This document shows positions 1 to 11,630 of a DNA stretch of 64,000 nt, one piece after another. The notes beneath the pieces were generated by a model. It did not search any database, was not told the origin of the DNA, and saw only the letters and a program-made list of their open reading frames with translations. The stretch is taken from the NCBI GenBank assembly GCA_964646495.1, contig CAZYEO010000001.1, positions 383 to 64,382 of the forward strand, written 5' to 3'. Each line of letters starts with the position of its first letter. The first letter of the stretch is position 1. The stretch comes from an uncultured Muribaculaceae bacterium. Lineage in GTDB: Bacteria; Bacteroidota; Bacteroidia; Bacteroidales; Muribaculaceae. Position numbers and translations under genes: made by a program.

Positions 1-783
1 GGCAATCCACTGTCCGTAATATTTGCCCCATACGGCTTTTCCCCATCCGGTGTCAGCAAGTGTGAGATGGAGACTATCTTCACCAAGATTGTGCCAATAT
101 GAACCCGTGATTATATGTCCTAACGGATACAAAAAATCATGGGCAACCATTTTAGGCTCGCCGGTAGTTCCCGATGTAAAGTATAATAATGACACATCAT
201 CATTGTTATTTGCATGTTTGGGACGCACAAATGGTGCGGCATCCTCTATCCCTTTGTTGAAATCAATCCAGCCATCGGGTATTTCAGGTCCTATGGATAT
301 ATAAGAGTGGACAGTAGGGCATTTTGGTGCAGCTTTTATGATATGATCAAGTACAATGTTATCGCCCACAGCCACAATAGCTTTTATATCGGCTGCATTG
401 GCACGATACACAATATCTTTTTCGGTGAGTAGGTGAGTGGCTGGAATTACTGTAGCTCCGAGTTTGTGCAATGCTGTGATGGCAAACCAAAATTGGTATC
501 TGCGTTTTAATATAAGCATTACCATATCTCCACGTCCTATTCCGAGAGATTGGAAGAATGAAGCAGTTTTGTCGCTCTCACGTTTAATGTCGGCAAATGT
601 GAATTGAATAGTTTTACCATCCTCATTTGTCCAGAGCAATGCCTTTTTATCAGGATTTGTGCGTGCCCATTCATCTACAACATCATATCCGAAGTTGAAG
701 TTATCGGGAACGTTTATTTTGAAGTTTTCCATGTAATCCTCGTAGGATTCGAAAACTGTTTTATCAAGAAATTTTTCTAACAT
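1..783 (-). CDS. AMP-dependent acyl-CoA synthetase/ligase, N-terminal part (gene runs off the window start)
   Basis: This ORF is absent from the ORF track because it has no stop in the window. Manual reverse translation from the ATG at 783-781 gives MLEKFLDKTVFESYEDYMENF... and stays open to nt 1. It contains the AMP-binding signature LLYFTSGTTGEPKMV (about nt 140-185). Confidence 0.8.
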   Translation of the reverse strand, partial: MLEKFLDKTVFESYEDYMENFKINVPDNFNFGYDVVDEWARTNPDKKALLWTNEDGKTIQFTFADIKRESDKTASFFQSLGIGRGDMVMLILKRRYQFWFAITALHKLGATVIPATHLLTEKDIVYRANAADIKAIVAVGDNIVLDHIIKAAPKCPTVHSYISIGPEIPDGWIDFNKGIEDAAPFVRPKHANNNDDVSLLYFTSGTTGEPKMVAHDFLYPLGHIITGSYWHNLGEDSLHLTLADTGWGKAVWGKYYGQWIA

Positions 784-810
784 AATTTTCTTCTATTGAA
801 ATGTGGTTGG

Positions 811-1356
811 TTATAATATTATGGCTATGAATTTTACAGAACGCTCATCGAGAGCTTTCATGCCGTGAGGGCGCATTGAATCAAACATTATTGAATCACC
901 CTCCTCAAGGATTATATTATTCCCCCCAATAGTAAATTGCATTCTTCCATTCACGACGTAATTAAATTCTTGTCCTTTATGTGAATTTAGATGCACAGGA
1001 TTGTCGTTTGGTTCTACAGTAACCATAAATGGATCAATCTCTCTATTGGCAAATCCTGCTGCAAGAGATTGATAGCTGTAGCATTTGGTGCGCTCAACAC
1101 TTACACCCATTTCCTTTCGTGTCACGAAATAGCTATTCATTTTAGGTTCTTCTCCAAATAGGATTGCTGTAAGTTCTACTCCAAATTCATGAGCTACTGA
1201 GTGCAGGAAGCTCACTGGGATGTCGGTAGTACCATTTTCATATTTTTTGTACGTTCCCGGATCGATGTTGCATTTCTTTGCTATTTCCGGAATAGAAAGA
1301 TCAAGAGCATCTCTAAGTCCCCTTAATCTTTTGGCTACTTGTTCGATATGGTCCAT
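811..1356 (-). CDS. XRE-family HTH transcriptional regulator with C-terminal cupin domain
   Basis: 181 aa. The N-terminus is an HTH_3-like segment (LRGLRDALDLSIPEIAKKCNIDPGTYKKYENG). The C-terminus is a cupin_2-like barrel (HSHKGQEFNYVVNGRMQF...GDSIMFDSMRPHG). The ATG at 1356 was verified. Confidence 0.8.
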   Translation of the reverse strand: MDHIEQVAKRLRGLRDALDLSIPEIAKKCNIDPGTYKKYENGTTDIPVSFLHSVAHEFGVELTAILFGEEPKMNSYFVTRKEMGVSVERTKCYSYQSLAAGFANREIDPFMVTVEPNDNPVHLNSHKGQEFNYVVNGRMQFTIGGNNIILEEGDSIMFDSMRPHGMKALDERSVKFIAIIL

Positions 1357-1485
1357 GACTGTTGTTTTTACGGATAGTAAATGCTATCATAGATAGCTGA
1401 CAATTGTGACAAAGGTAAAAAGAATTACTGAAAAAGAGAACTGCAATATTGATTTTATTGTTGTGATGCCATTTTAATTATATCT

Positions 1486-1530
1486 TAAAATTAATGCGGA
1501 CAAAAGAATATATCTTCTGTCCGCATTAAT
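1486..1530 (-). terminator. Rho-independent terminator downstream of the GH97 gene
   Basis: 12-bp perfect stem, attaatgcggac (1490-1501) with gtccgcattaat (1519-1530). On the minus strand it is followed by TTTT (plus-strand A-run 1486-1489). Confidence 0.6.
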
Positions 1531-1555
1531 ATTGAGAGTATGTATATATTATATA

Positions 1556-3745
<2,190 letters not shown>

Positions 3746-3895
3746 TTACATCATAGTGCAAAATTACTTAAACTTTACAATAGATTAAATATAATATCCC
3801 TCAAATATAAATAAATGTTGTTCACAAAGTTGAGGTATTAGTTTGTATTACAAATGATTGTAGCTGTTGTGGTGATGCGGGATATATGAAGGTGA

Positions 3896-4717
3896 TTATA
3901 GATTTTTCGTATTCAAACCAACGATTCTGTATGATGCTGTGAGTAATGATTCCGGAATTATTGGAGTATCGATAGGGAAAGTGCGATGTCTCGTGAAAAT
4001 TTGTCCACTCTTATTGCTTTGCAATGCTCTAAGTATGGCTTTTGCTCCTTGTTTGGGAGAGCTGATGAAAGGGCGGAAAAATATATTTGCAATCGGGTCA
4101 TACCATTTGTTCATGGATATCATATCGCTGTTCACTATTCCCGGATCGGCACATTTTATTTGTACATTATCACCATATTTAGCATGTAGATATGCAGCAT
4201 AGGCAGTGAGCGCAAGTTTGCTACGTCCATAAGTGCCAAGTTGTGAAAATTGCTCTTTGGTTTCGTGGAGATGAATATCTTGAAATTTATGAATCTTTCG
4301 AGTTACGGAAATTGTGAAAACGATATTGGCATGTGGCACCACCATTGGGAGTAATAATTCCGTGAGTAACATTTGTGATAGATAATTTACACCGATAGTA
4401 GTTTCAAATCCATCTTGGGTGAGGGTGTATTGTGAACATTTTATGCCTGCATTATTTATGATTCCTTTTACCAAGAGATTACGCTTGCCGATTGATAATG
4501 CAAATTTGCGAATTGATTGAAAGGAATCGAGTGACAATAATTCGGGGAAAATATGTTGATTGCCTGTTTCTCGTATTATCTCATTGCATATTTTATTGCC
4601 CTTCTCCATGTCGCGACAACCCACAATCACCTTTTCATCATGTATTGCAAGTGAGCGAAGCACTTCGGTTCCGATAGCTCCGGTAGCACCTGTAATTATG
4701 TATACCCCTGTATTCAT
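3896..4717 (-). CDS. Short-chain dehydrogenase/reductase (SDR); candidate hydroxysteroid dehydrogenase
   Basis: 273 aa. It has a Rossmann motif ITGATGAIGTEV, NNAGI, and catalytic YGRSKLALTAY (YxxxK). It is the last gene of the four-gene minus-strand operon, 6 nt after the previous gene. Confidence 0.75.
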   Translation of the reverse strand: MNTGVYIITGATGAIGTEVLRSLAIHDEKVIVGCRDMEKGNKICNEIIRETGNQHIFPELLSLDSFQSIRKFALSIGKRNLLVKGIINNAGIKCSQYTLTQDGFETTIGVNYLSQMLLTELLLPMVVPHANIVFTISVTRKIHKFQDIHLHETKEQFSQLGTYGRSKLALTAYAAYLHAKYGDNVQIKCADPGIVNSDMISMNKWYDPIANIFFRPFISSPKQGAKAILRALQSNKSGQIFTRHRTFPIDTPIIPESLLTASYRIVGLNTKNL

Positions 4718-4723
4718 TAAAAA

Positions 4724-5527
4724 TTATTTGTCAAGAAGTTTGTGCTTTACAATAAGTCTTATTTTCGATGGCAGCATGGCGACAAAAACTATTGAAAATC
4801 TATTTATAAATCCATTGATGTATTGTTTCTTTTTTGCAAAAGTAGCCTTTAATGCTCCACGGACAAATTTTTGAGGAGTTACCAAAACTCCCAATTTTAC
4901 CCCCAATTGTTGAAGATTTTTGGGCAATCCAAATAGATCGGTAGCAATCCCTCCGGGACAAGCTACCGTTACCGATACACCAGAATCGCTCAATTCAAGT
5001 TGGATAGCTCTCGATAGTACCCTGATATATGCTTTTGTTGCTCCATACATTGAGATTCCGGGCATTGGCATCCAGCATGACATCGACGACATATTAAGAA
5101 TATATCCATGATTGCGTTTTGCCATTTCGCTGCCGAATATGTGACATAACTCAGTTACGGCACGTATATGAAGGTCAATAAATAGGTTTATTCTCTCTTG
5201 AGACATTTCTATTAATGCCTTGAACGCAAAAATGCCGGCATTATTAATAAGAATATCCACTATTAAATTGTTCTCTGTGCACCAATTTAATATATGTGTA
5301 GCAGCATTTGGTGTCGATAAATCAATATGGAGATATGAAACAGAAACATCATAATCATGCTCAATCTCCGATGATGTGAGTCTAAGCTCCTGTTCTTGAT
5401 TGCTCACAAGAATGAGATTCACACCATTTGCAGCGAGTTGGCGAGAAAATTCCTTTCCTATTCCCGAAGACCCACCTGTGATTAAAGCTGTAGATCCTTG
5501 CGGAATTTTGTTATTTATGATGTTCAT
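4724..5527 (-). CDS. Classical SDR oxidoreductase; candidate 3-hydroxysteroid dehydrogenase
   Basis: 267 aa. It has ITGGSSGIGKEF (TGxxxGxG), INNAGI and YGATKAYIRVL (YxxxK). Its start overlaps the upstream gene by 17 nt. Confidence 0.75.
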   Translation of the reverse strand: MNIINNKIPQGSTALITGGSSGIGKEFSRQLAANGVNLILVSNQEQELRLTSSEIEHDYDVSVSYLHIDLSTPNAATHILNWCTENNLIVDILINNAGIFAFKALIEMSQERINLFIDLHIRAVTELCHIFGSEMAKRNHGYILNMSSMSCWMPMPGISMYGATKAYIRVLSRAIQLELSDSGVSVTVACPGGIATDLFGLPKNLQQLGVKLGVLVTPQKFVRGALKATFAKKKQYINGFINRFSIVFVAMLPSKIRLIVKHKLLDK

Positions 5528-6755
5528 TATATTTCTGAATATTCTCTATCTCCTGGAGAATTTTTTTGGGTAGCTCCTCGGTGCAATGTTTGTGACAAGC
5601 CATTTCCATAGAATACATTCGAGCTATACAGTAGTTTACATGATCGCATCCGCAACGTTGCTCACCGGCTTTCATTCTATTAACGAAATCAGGTTCATTA
5701 ATCAGGGCGCGTCCTATTTGCACGAATTGAAATCCATCGTTGAGCACGGTATCTATGCCATCGCGCGACACACAACCTCCTACATATATTAAAGGCATAT
5801 CGGGTAGTGCTTTGTGAAATTTAAGAGCATCTTCTCGAAAATATAATTCTTTGAAATCACACTTAGGAATCATTATATTACCGAACATTTTAACCCCCTT
5901 ACTCAACCATTTTTTATCCATATAATAAGATAGTGTGGTAATTGGCATTTTTCCTCGCATTACATACATTGGGGCTTTACTCACAAATCCTCCGCTTAAC
6001 ACCAACGCATGTGCTCCAAGCTCTTGAAGCTCTTTTGCAACAGTGATACAATCATCAATTTCCATTCCACCCTTGAATCCATCGCGCATGTTCATCTTCA
6101 CCACAACTCCCATATCGGATTCGGCTGCCGACATCACTTCACTCATACACATGCGCATGAATTTCATTCTATTATCAAGCGATCCTCCATATTTATCTTT
6201 GCGCTTATTGGTGTAAGGCGACAAAAATTGGCTTATAAGATAACCATGCCCTGCATGAATTTCCACACAGTCAAAACCTGAATCACGAGCCATTCTCACG
6301 GCTTCGCCAAATGCTAAAGCGGTTTCGCGAATTTCAACATTTGTCATAGCGCGTGTAAATGTAGGTGCATATAAGTTGAATCGTCCCGATGGCGACCATG
6401 GAGTTTCTCCGATAATCTCCTTTTTAGACATATTACCGCAGTGCCCCAACTGAATGGATGCCTTAGCTCCACCTGCATGAATGGCATCGGTAACATCTCG
6501 CAGATCCCGTAATATATCTGGGCGTATCCATAATTGATGAGGGAATGAAAGTCCACTTCGCATCACTGCCGCATAAGCAACAGTGCTCATTCCTACTCCA
6601 CCTTGTGATACGGAAGAATGATAATCCAAAAGCATTTCAGATGGTCGGTTTTCATCGCACATACCTTCAAATGCTGCCGATCGTATCGTTCTATTGCGTA
6701 GCGTGATCGGTCCTATGTTGTTTTCAGTAAAAAGTAGAGATTTAGAATTATCCAT
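5511..6755 (-). CDS. Old-Yellow-Enzyme family NADH:flavin oxidoreductase with Cys-rich C-terminus; candidate 3-oxo-delta4-steroid 5-beta-reductase
   Basis: 414 aa. OYE signature HAGHGYLISQFLSPYTNKRKDKYGGSLDNR. The C-terminal cysteine cluster RCGCDHVNYC...ACHKHC resembles the Fe-S site of the 2,4-dienoyl-CoA reductase/BaiCD branch. The second FAD/NAD domain of that branch is absent. Confidence 0.7.
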   Translation of the reverse strand: MDNSKSLLFTENNIGPITLRNRTIRSAAFEGMCDENRPSEMLLDYHSSVSQGGVGMSTVAYAAVMRSGLSFPHQLWIRPDILRDLRDVTDAIHAGGAKASIQLGHCGNMSKKEIIGETPWSPSGRFNLYAPTFTRAMTNVEIRETALAFGEAVRMARDSGFDCVEIHAGHGYLISQFLSPYTNKRKDKYGGSLDNRMKFMRMCMSEVMSAAESDMGVVVKMNMRDGFKGGMEIDDCITVAKELQELGAHALVLSGGFVSKAPMYVMRGKMPITTLSYYMDKKWLSKGVKMFGNIMIPKCDFKELYFREDALKFHKALPDMPLIYVGGCVSRDGIDTVLNDGFQFVQIGRALINEPDFVNRMKAGEQRCGCDHVNYCIARMYSMEMACHKHCTEELPKKILQEIENIQKYNEHHK

Positions 6756-6783
6756 TTGATATAATAGAATTATAATTTTTGAA

Positions 6784-7554
6784 TTAATATATGCCCGGAA
6801 TTATGCTTTTTAGCTTCAGTGAAGTAAATTTTTCGCCAAATTTCTTGCAATAATGCTCATTTATTTTTTTTGCTCTTGGAGCAAGATTAGCAAATGTCCA
6901 CAATGCAAATACTGCACCTGCCCAGCTCCATGTGAGTATTGCAAATCCTATCCATTCCACAGTTTCGCCAAAATAATTTGCACTTGAAACCCATCGATAG
7001 AGTCCGCCACGAGGTATATAATGGCCGGTGTCACCCGGTTTGCGTAAGTTGCGGATTATGTGGTCGCTATGCCAATTAATACCCATGCCTGAAAAGAATA
7101 TAATAGTACCGATTATGAATTGCGGCGACCAAAGCCATTCCACTTGGTATTGATTGGGTGACGACACATAAAAAATCCATCCCCCTTGCATTAGAGCATT
7201 AAGGATATTGAATGTTACACCACTCAATATAATAGTAATAGGCATTCTGCTCTTGCCTTTTATTAATAAAGGAAAGATAAATGACCTGTAGATATAATGA
7301 ATCTGAAACAAGCATAGAAATATCAGCGGTACAACCTCCCACTTGCGATTGCTTTCAAGCCAGAGCCAGAGCATAACCACCACCACGGGAGATTCCATGA
7401 GCACCCAGCCGAGACGATTGCTAACCGAGAAACCCCATTTTGGTGTGTACATCATTCCATAGCCGGCTTTCACATAGTGTAATGCGATGAAGACTATTAT
7501 TGCTATGATGCTCATTGCAATCAGGAATATATTGAAGTACTCGAAATAAAACAT
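6784..7554 (-). CDS. 3-oxo-5-alpha-steroid 4-dehydrogenase (SRD5A-like steroid 5-alpha-reductase) family membrane protein
   Basis: 256 aa and polytopic. The C-terminal steroid-reductase domain motif is HSDHIIRNLRKPGDTGHYIPRGGLYRWVSSANYFGETVEWIGFAI. It is the first gene of the operon, and the ATG at 7554 was verified. Confidence 0.75.
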   Translation of the reverse strand: MFYFEYFNIFLIAMSIIAIIVFIALHYVKAGYGMMYTPKWGFSVSNRLGWVLMESPVVVVMLWLWLESNRKWEVVPLIFLCLFQIHYIYRSFIFPLLIKGKSRMPITIILSGVTFNILNALMQGGWIFYVSSPNQYQVEWLWSPQFIIGTIIFFSGMGINWHSDHIIRNLRKPGDTGHYIPRGGLYRWVSSANYFGETVEWIGFAILTWSWAGAVFALWTFANLAPRAKKINEHYCKKFGEKFTSLKLKSIIPGIY

Positions 7555-7590
7555 TTTTTAGGTTAAAATGATACTTGCGTGATTTTTTTA

Positions 7591-7598
7591 CAAAAATA
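7591..7598 (-). promoter_or_regulatory. Bacteroidetes -7 promoter box (TATTTTTG on minus strand) for the steroid-reductase operon
   Basis: Plus-strand CAAAAATA matches the reverse complement of the TAnnTTTG consensus, 37 nt upstream of the ATG at 7554. The call rests on the motif alone. Confidence 0.4.
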
Positions 7599-7716
7599 CA
7601 AAAATTAATCAAATGATATAAAGAGACTCTCAAGAAATATACAATTAGAATAAAATACACTCATTTTTCAGATATTTAGAACAAAAAAAGATGCTTCCTA
7701 TTGCTGAAAGAATATG

Positions 7717-7724
7717 TATCTTTG
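7717..7724 (+). promoter_or_regulatory. Bacteroidetes -7 promoter box TATCTTTG
   Basis: It matches TAnnTTTG 49 nt upstream of the ATG at 7773. It lies inside the longer 7701 ORF, which argues for the 7773 start. Confidence 0.4.
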
Positions 7725-7772
7725 TCCGATTTTTATATAAAATATTTTTTAATTGAAATTTATAGCCCGATA

Positions 7773-8729
7773 ATGAAGAAAATTTTAGCTATTGTTTATG
7801 TGATATTTATTGGCGCTAATGCATGGGGCTTAACGCTTGAGAAAATTAATTATGGTGACTTCAATTCATGGATTACAAGGCATATAAAAGAATCAAGCGT
7901 TATCGGGGGTAATACTCGTACGCTATATGAAATAGGACCTTCCGGAAATATATACGGCGATAAGCCATACGTAAATCAAGGTGGTTCACCTTGGGCTACA
8001 TCTAATGTGATGGCAAAGGTGATGGGAGTTACAAAAACAAGTAATGCCGTATACAGCGAACCACGCGAAGGTGATGGATATTGTGTTAAAATGTGTACGA
8101 TACTTGAAGAGGTAAAAGCACTGGGAATAATTAACATGAAAGTTCTTGTTTCTGGTAGTGTTTTTCTTGGGCGAGTGTTTGAACCGATAAGCAGTACAAA
8201 GAATCCATATTCTAAAATGGAAATGGGAGTGCCTTATACTAAACGCCCCGATTGCCTCGTATTTGATTATAAAGTTACGGTTCCTCCCGGTAATAGAATA
8301 TATTCCAGTGGATTTGGAACGCAAAAAACTATCCCCGGACAAGATTATGCCGAAGTATACGTACTTCTTCAACAACGTTGGGAAGATGCTCAGGGTAATT
8401 TGCATGCAAAACGTGTGGGAACAGGACGCCAGCGTTTCGGTAACACTGTGGCAAGATGGCAATCCGACTATAAAATGCCAATCTATTACGGTAATATAAC
8501 GAACCATGCCGGTTATAAACCATATATGGCACTAATCTCAAAAGAAAATTCATACTATGCTCGCAATAGTAAGGGTAAAATGGTTCCGGTAATAGAGGAA
8601 GGGTGGGCAGATGCCAATGCTAAACCCACTCACGTGATGATGATGGCATCTTCGGGATGTGGAACCGCATATACGGGGACAGTGGGAATGACCCTATGGA
8701 TAGATAATGTGGCTTTCGGATTTGAATAA
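7773..8729 (+). CDS. Secreted protein, probably PCMD (putative carbohydrate metabolism domain) family
   Basis: 318 aa from the ATG at 7773, with a signal peptide MKKILAIVYVIFIGANAWG. INYGDFNSWI and the overall pattern resemble Bacteroides PCMD-domain proteins. The family assignment is from memory only. Confidence 0.5.
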   Translation: MKKILAIVYVIFIGANAWGLTLEKINYGDFNSWITRHIKESSVIGGNTRTLYEIGPSGNIYGDKPYVNQGGSPWATSNVMAKVMGVTKTSNAVYSEPREGDGYCVKMCTILEEVKALGIINMKVLVSGSVFLGRVFEPISSTKNPYSKMEMGVPYTKRPDCLVFDYKVTVPPGNRIYSSGFGTQKTIPGQDYAEVYVLLQQRWEDAQGNLHAKRVGTGRQRFGNTVARWQSDYKMPIYYGNITNHAGYKPYMALISKENSYYARNSKGKMVPVIEEGWADANAKPTHVMMMASSGCGTAYTGTVGMTLWIDNVAFGFE

Positions 8730-8867
8730 AATCAGAAGGGTTAAATCTTTAGAATTGTAATCAAAACGATATATGAAAATGTTGTGAATATGCTTGATAT
8801 GTAACATGATTAATACACCTTTGGGATAATTTATTAATAAATAAGGTAGTATTAAAAGTTTTTTATC

Positions 8868-8875
8868 TAATTTTG
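8868..8875 (+). promoter_or_regulatory. Bacteroidetes -7 promoter box TAATTTTG upstream of topA
   Basis: It matches TAnnTTTG 39 nt upstream of the topA ATG (8914). Confidence 0.4.
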
Positions 8876-8913
8876 TCGCCGATTTCAAGTAGGAACATAA
8901 CATCAACGTTAAT

Positions 8914-11313
8914 ATGTCAAAGAATTTAGTTATAGTAGAGTCCCCGGCAAAGGCAAAAACAATTGAGAAGTTTTTGGGAAAAGACTATCAGGTGTTGTCG
9001 AGCTATGGTCACATAAGAGATCTTCACAAAAAAGATTTCAGTATTGATCTTCTCAATGATTATAATCCTATTTATGAAATTCCCACTGAAAAGAAAGAGC
9101 TGGTAAAAACTCTAAAAAAAGCTGCTAAGGATGCCGAAATGGTATGGTTAGCATCCGATGAGGACCGCGAGGGAGAAGCTATTGCGTGGCATTTATATGA
9201 GGTACTGGGATTAAGTCCTGAAAACACCAAGCGAATTGTTTTTCATGAAATTACAAAAACGGCGATACTTGAGGCTATTGAAAATCCTCGAGATATCGAT
9301 ATTAACCGAGTGGATGCTCAGCAAGCACGTAGAGTACTTGATCGCATCGTGGGGTTTGAGTTGTCGCCGGTGTTATGGAAGAAAATTAAGCCTGCTTTGA
9401 GTGCCGGACGTGTGCAAAGTGTTGCAGTGCGTCTTATCGTGGAGCGGGAAAAAGAGATATCAGCATTCGTTACCGAGGAGTTTTTCCGTGTAGTCGCAGA
9501 ATTTATACCTCTTGATGGTGGAGCAGTCGTAAAAGCCGATCTTTCAAAGAGAATAAAAAATTTCGAGGAAGCTAAAAAATTCCTTGAAGAGTGTGCTTCT
9601 GCTAATTTTACTGTGGGTGATATTACAGTTCGCCCTGTGAAAAAATCTCCTGCTCCGCCGTTCACTACTTCCACACTTCAACAGGAAGCAAGTCGCAAAT
9701 TGGGCTTTTCGGTGTCGCAAACTATGATTGTGGCGCAGAAACTATACGAATCAGGGCATATAACATATATGCGTACCGACTCGGTGAATCTATCCAATCT
9801 TGCCATTAGTGCCATAAGCGAAGAGATAAAAAACAATATCGGTGCTGAATATTTGAAAGTTAGAAAATATCATACCAGTTCCAAGGGTGCACAAGAAGCT
9901 CACGAAGCAATACGCCCATCTTACATTGAACACAGTACTATTGTTGGTACAGCACAGGAAAAGAAACTGTATAACCTTATTTGGAAGCGTACCATTGCTT
10001 CACAAATGAGTGATGCAGAATTGCAAAAGACAAATATTGACATCAATATCTCTAATCGCGACGAAAAATTTACGGCTACCGGAGAGGTGCTTAAATTTGA
10101 TGGTTTCTTGCGTGTATATATGGAGAGTACCGATGATGAGGGTGATGCGGCTGAAACTGCCAATATGCTTCCTGCTCTTAAAACTGGAGAGCGACTTAAC
10201 ACAAAAAATATTTCGGCGTTACAACGTTTTACTCAGCAGCCATCTCGATACAACGAAGCAACATTGGTGCGCAAATTAGAAGAATTGGGTATCGGGCGCC
10301 CATCTACCTATGCTCCCACAATATCCACCATCCAAAATCGTGAATATGTGGTGAGAGGTGAGAGTCTTGGCAACGAGCGTCAATATAAAGTACTTACTCT
10401 TTCGGCAAATAAGATAAAAGAGGTAGTGAAAACCGAAATTACAGGTGCTGAAAAAGGGAAATTACTACCTACCGACATAGGTGTGGTGGTGAATGATTTC
10501 TTGTTGGAATATTTCCCTTCCATTATGGATTATAACTTTACTGCATCAATTGAAGAGCAATTTGATGAAATTGCCGAAGGAAATATAAGGTGGAATGATG
10601 AAATACGTAAATTCTATGAATTATTTCATCCTGATGTAGATAAGATAAATAATATGCGTCTTGAACGCAAAGTAGGGGAGCGTGTATTGGGTATTGATCC
10701 TAAAAGTGGAAAAGAGGTAGCTGTAAAAATAGGGCGATTCGGACCTGTAGTGCAGATTGGTAATGCCGATGATGAGGAGAAGCCACAATTTGCATCTCTT
10801 CTAAAAGAACAGTCGGTAAGTACCATAACTCTTGAGGAAGCATTAAAATTGTTTGATATGCCACGTGAGCTTGGCAATTTCGAGGATTCAATGGTGACGG
10901 TAGCAATAGGACGTTTTGGTCCATATATTAAGCATGCCGGTAAATTTGTTTCGATTCCTAAGGATTTTGCGCCACAAACAATTACTCTTGATGAGGCTGC
11001 TCAATTGATATATAAGAAACGCGAAGAGGAGAGTAATAGGATCGTTCTCACCTTTGATGCTGAACCGGATTTGCAAGTGCTTAACGGTCGTTTCGGAGTA
11101 TATATTTCATATAACAAGAAAAATTATAAAATACCTAAGGGGACAGATGCAAAGTCATTGACCTTGGAGCAATGCAAGGAGATTATCGCTAATCAACCGG
11201 AACCAAAGGGGAAACGCGGAACTTCAAAAGCTACAGCCAAAACAAAAGCTCCGGCTAAAGCAAAAACAGCAACTAAGGCAAAGCCTAAGAAAGTTGCAAA
11301 AAAGACTTCATAA
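8914..11313 (+). CDS. topA: DNA topoisomerase I (type IA)
   Basis: 799 aa. Toprim start LVIVESPAKAKTIEKFLG, acidic DEDREGE, and the active-site Tyr context ITYMRTDS. It ends in a Lys/Ala-rich basic C-terminal tail. Confidence 0.95.
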   Translation: MSKNLVIVESPAKAKTIEKFLGKDYQVLSSYGHIRDLHKKDFSIDLLNDYNPIYEIPTEKKELVKTLKKAAKDAEMVWLASDEDREGEAIAWHLYEVLGLSPENTKRIVFHEITKTAILEAIENPRDIDINRVDAQQARRVLDRIVGFELSPVLWKKIKPALSAGRVQSVAVRLIVEREKEISAFVTEEFFRVVAEFIPLDGGAVVKADLSKRIKNFEEAKKFLEECASANFTVGDITVRPVKKSPAPPFTTSTLQQEASRKLGFSVSQTMIVAQKLYESGHITYMRTDSVNLSNLAISAISEEIKNNIGAEYLKVRKYHTSSKGAQEAHEAIRPSYIEHSTIVGTAQEKKLYNLIWKRTIASQMSDAELQKTNIDINISNRDEKFTATGEVLKFDGFLRVYMESTDDEGDAAETANMLPALKTGERLNTKNISALQRFTQQPSRYNEATLVRKLEELGIGRPSTYAPTISTIQNREYVVRGESLGNERQYKVLTLSANKIKEVVKTEITGAEKGKLLPTDIGVVVNDFLLEYFPSIMDYNFTASIEEQFDEIAEGNIRWNDEIRKFYELFHPDVDKINNMRLERKVGERVLGIDPKSGKEVAVKIGRFGPVVQIGNADDEEKPQFASLLKEQSVSTITLEEALKLFDMPRELGNFEDSMVTVAIGRFGPYIKHAGKFVSIPKDFAPQTITLDEAAQLIYKKREEESNRIVLTFDAEPDLQVLNGRFGVYISYNKKNYKIPKGTDAKSLTLEQCKEIIANQPEPKGKRGTSKATAKTKAPAKAKTATKAKPKKVAKKTS

Positions 11314-11408
11314 ATATCTTTCGACCATATCAGACGAATATTTATAAGGAAATTCTTATAGCCTATTGTAGTTTTTCCAAAACGAAATTTTGAGGTAAAA
11401 TTCAAATT

Positions 11409-11463
11409 ATTTACTCTGCCAAATAGAATGTAAATTCATACTTCAGGCAGAGTAAATGCGTTT
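11409..11463 (+). terminator. Possible terminator hairpin after topA
   Basis: 12-bp perfect stem, atttactctgcc (11409-11420) with ggcagagtaaat (11446-11457). The loop is large (25 nt) and is followed by gcgtttt. Confidence 0.35.
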
Positions 11464-11630
11464 TAATAATACCATACTAAGTTGGATGAATATATATGAA
11501 AGGAATGAGGATTAAATAAACAGTCCAATTATTATATGAAAAAATTTAATTCAAAACTTGCGCCTAGTTGTATTTTAGCAATTGCCTATTTTTTTGTAGC
11601 TTTACACAATTATTTTTAATATATTATCTG

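Noticed and set aside
7701-7772. N-terminal extensions offered by the ORF track, here and at 3707-3733, 11568-11630, 20739-20747, 31313-31363, 44993-44998, 55004-55084 and 57944-57952
   Set aside because: - Most of these extensions start at TTG.
- In several cases a TAnnTTTG promoter box lies inside the extension.
- The downstream ATG gives a canonical N-terminus or signal peptide.
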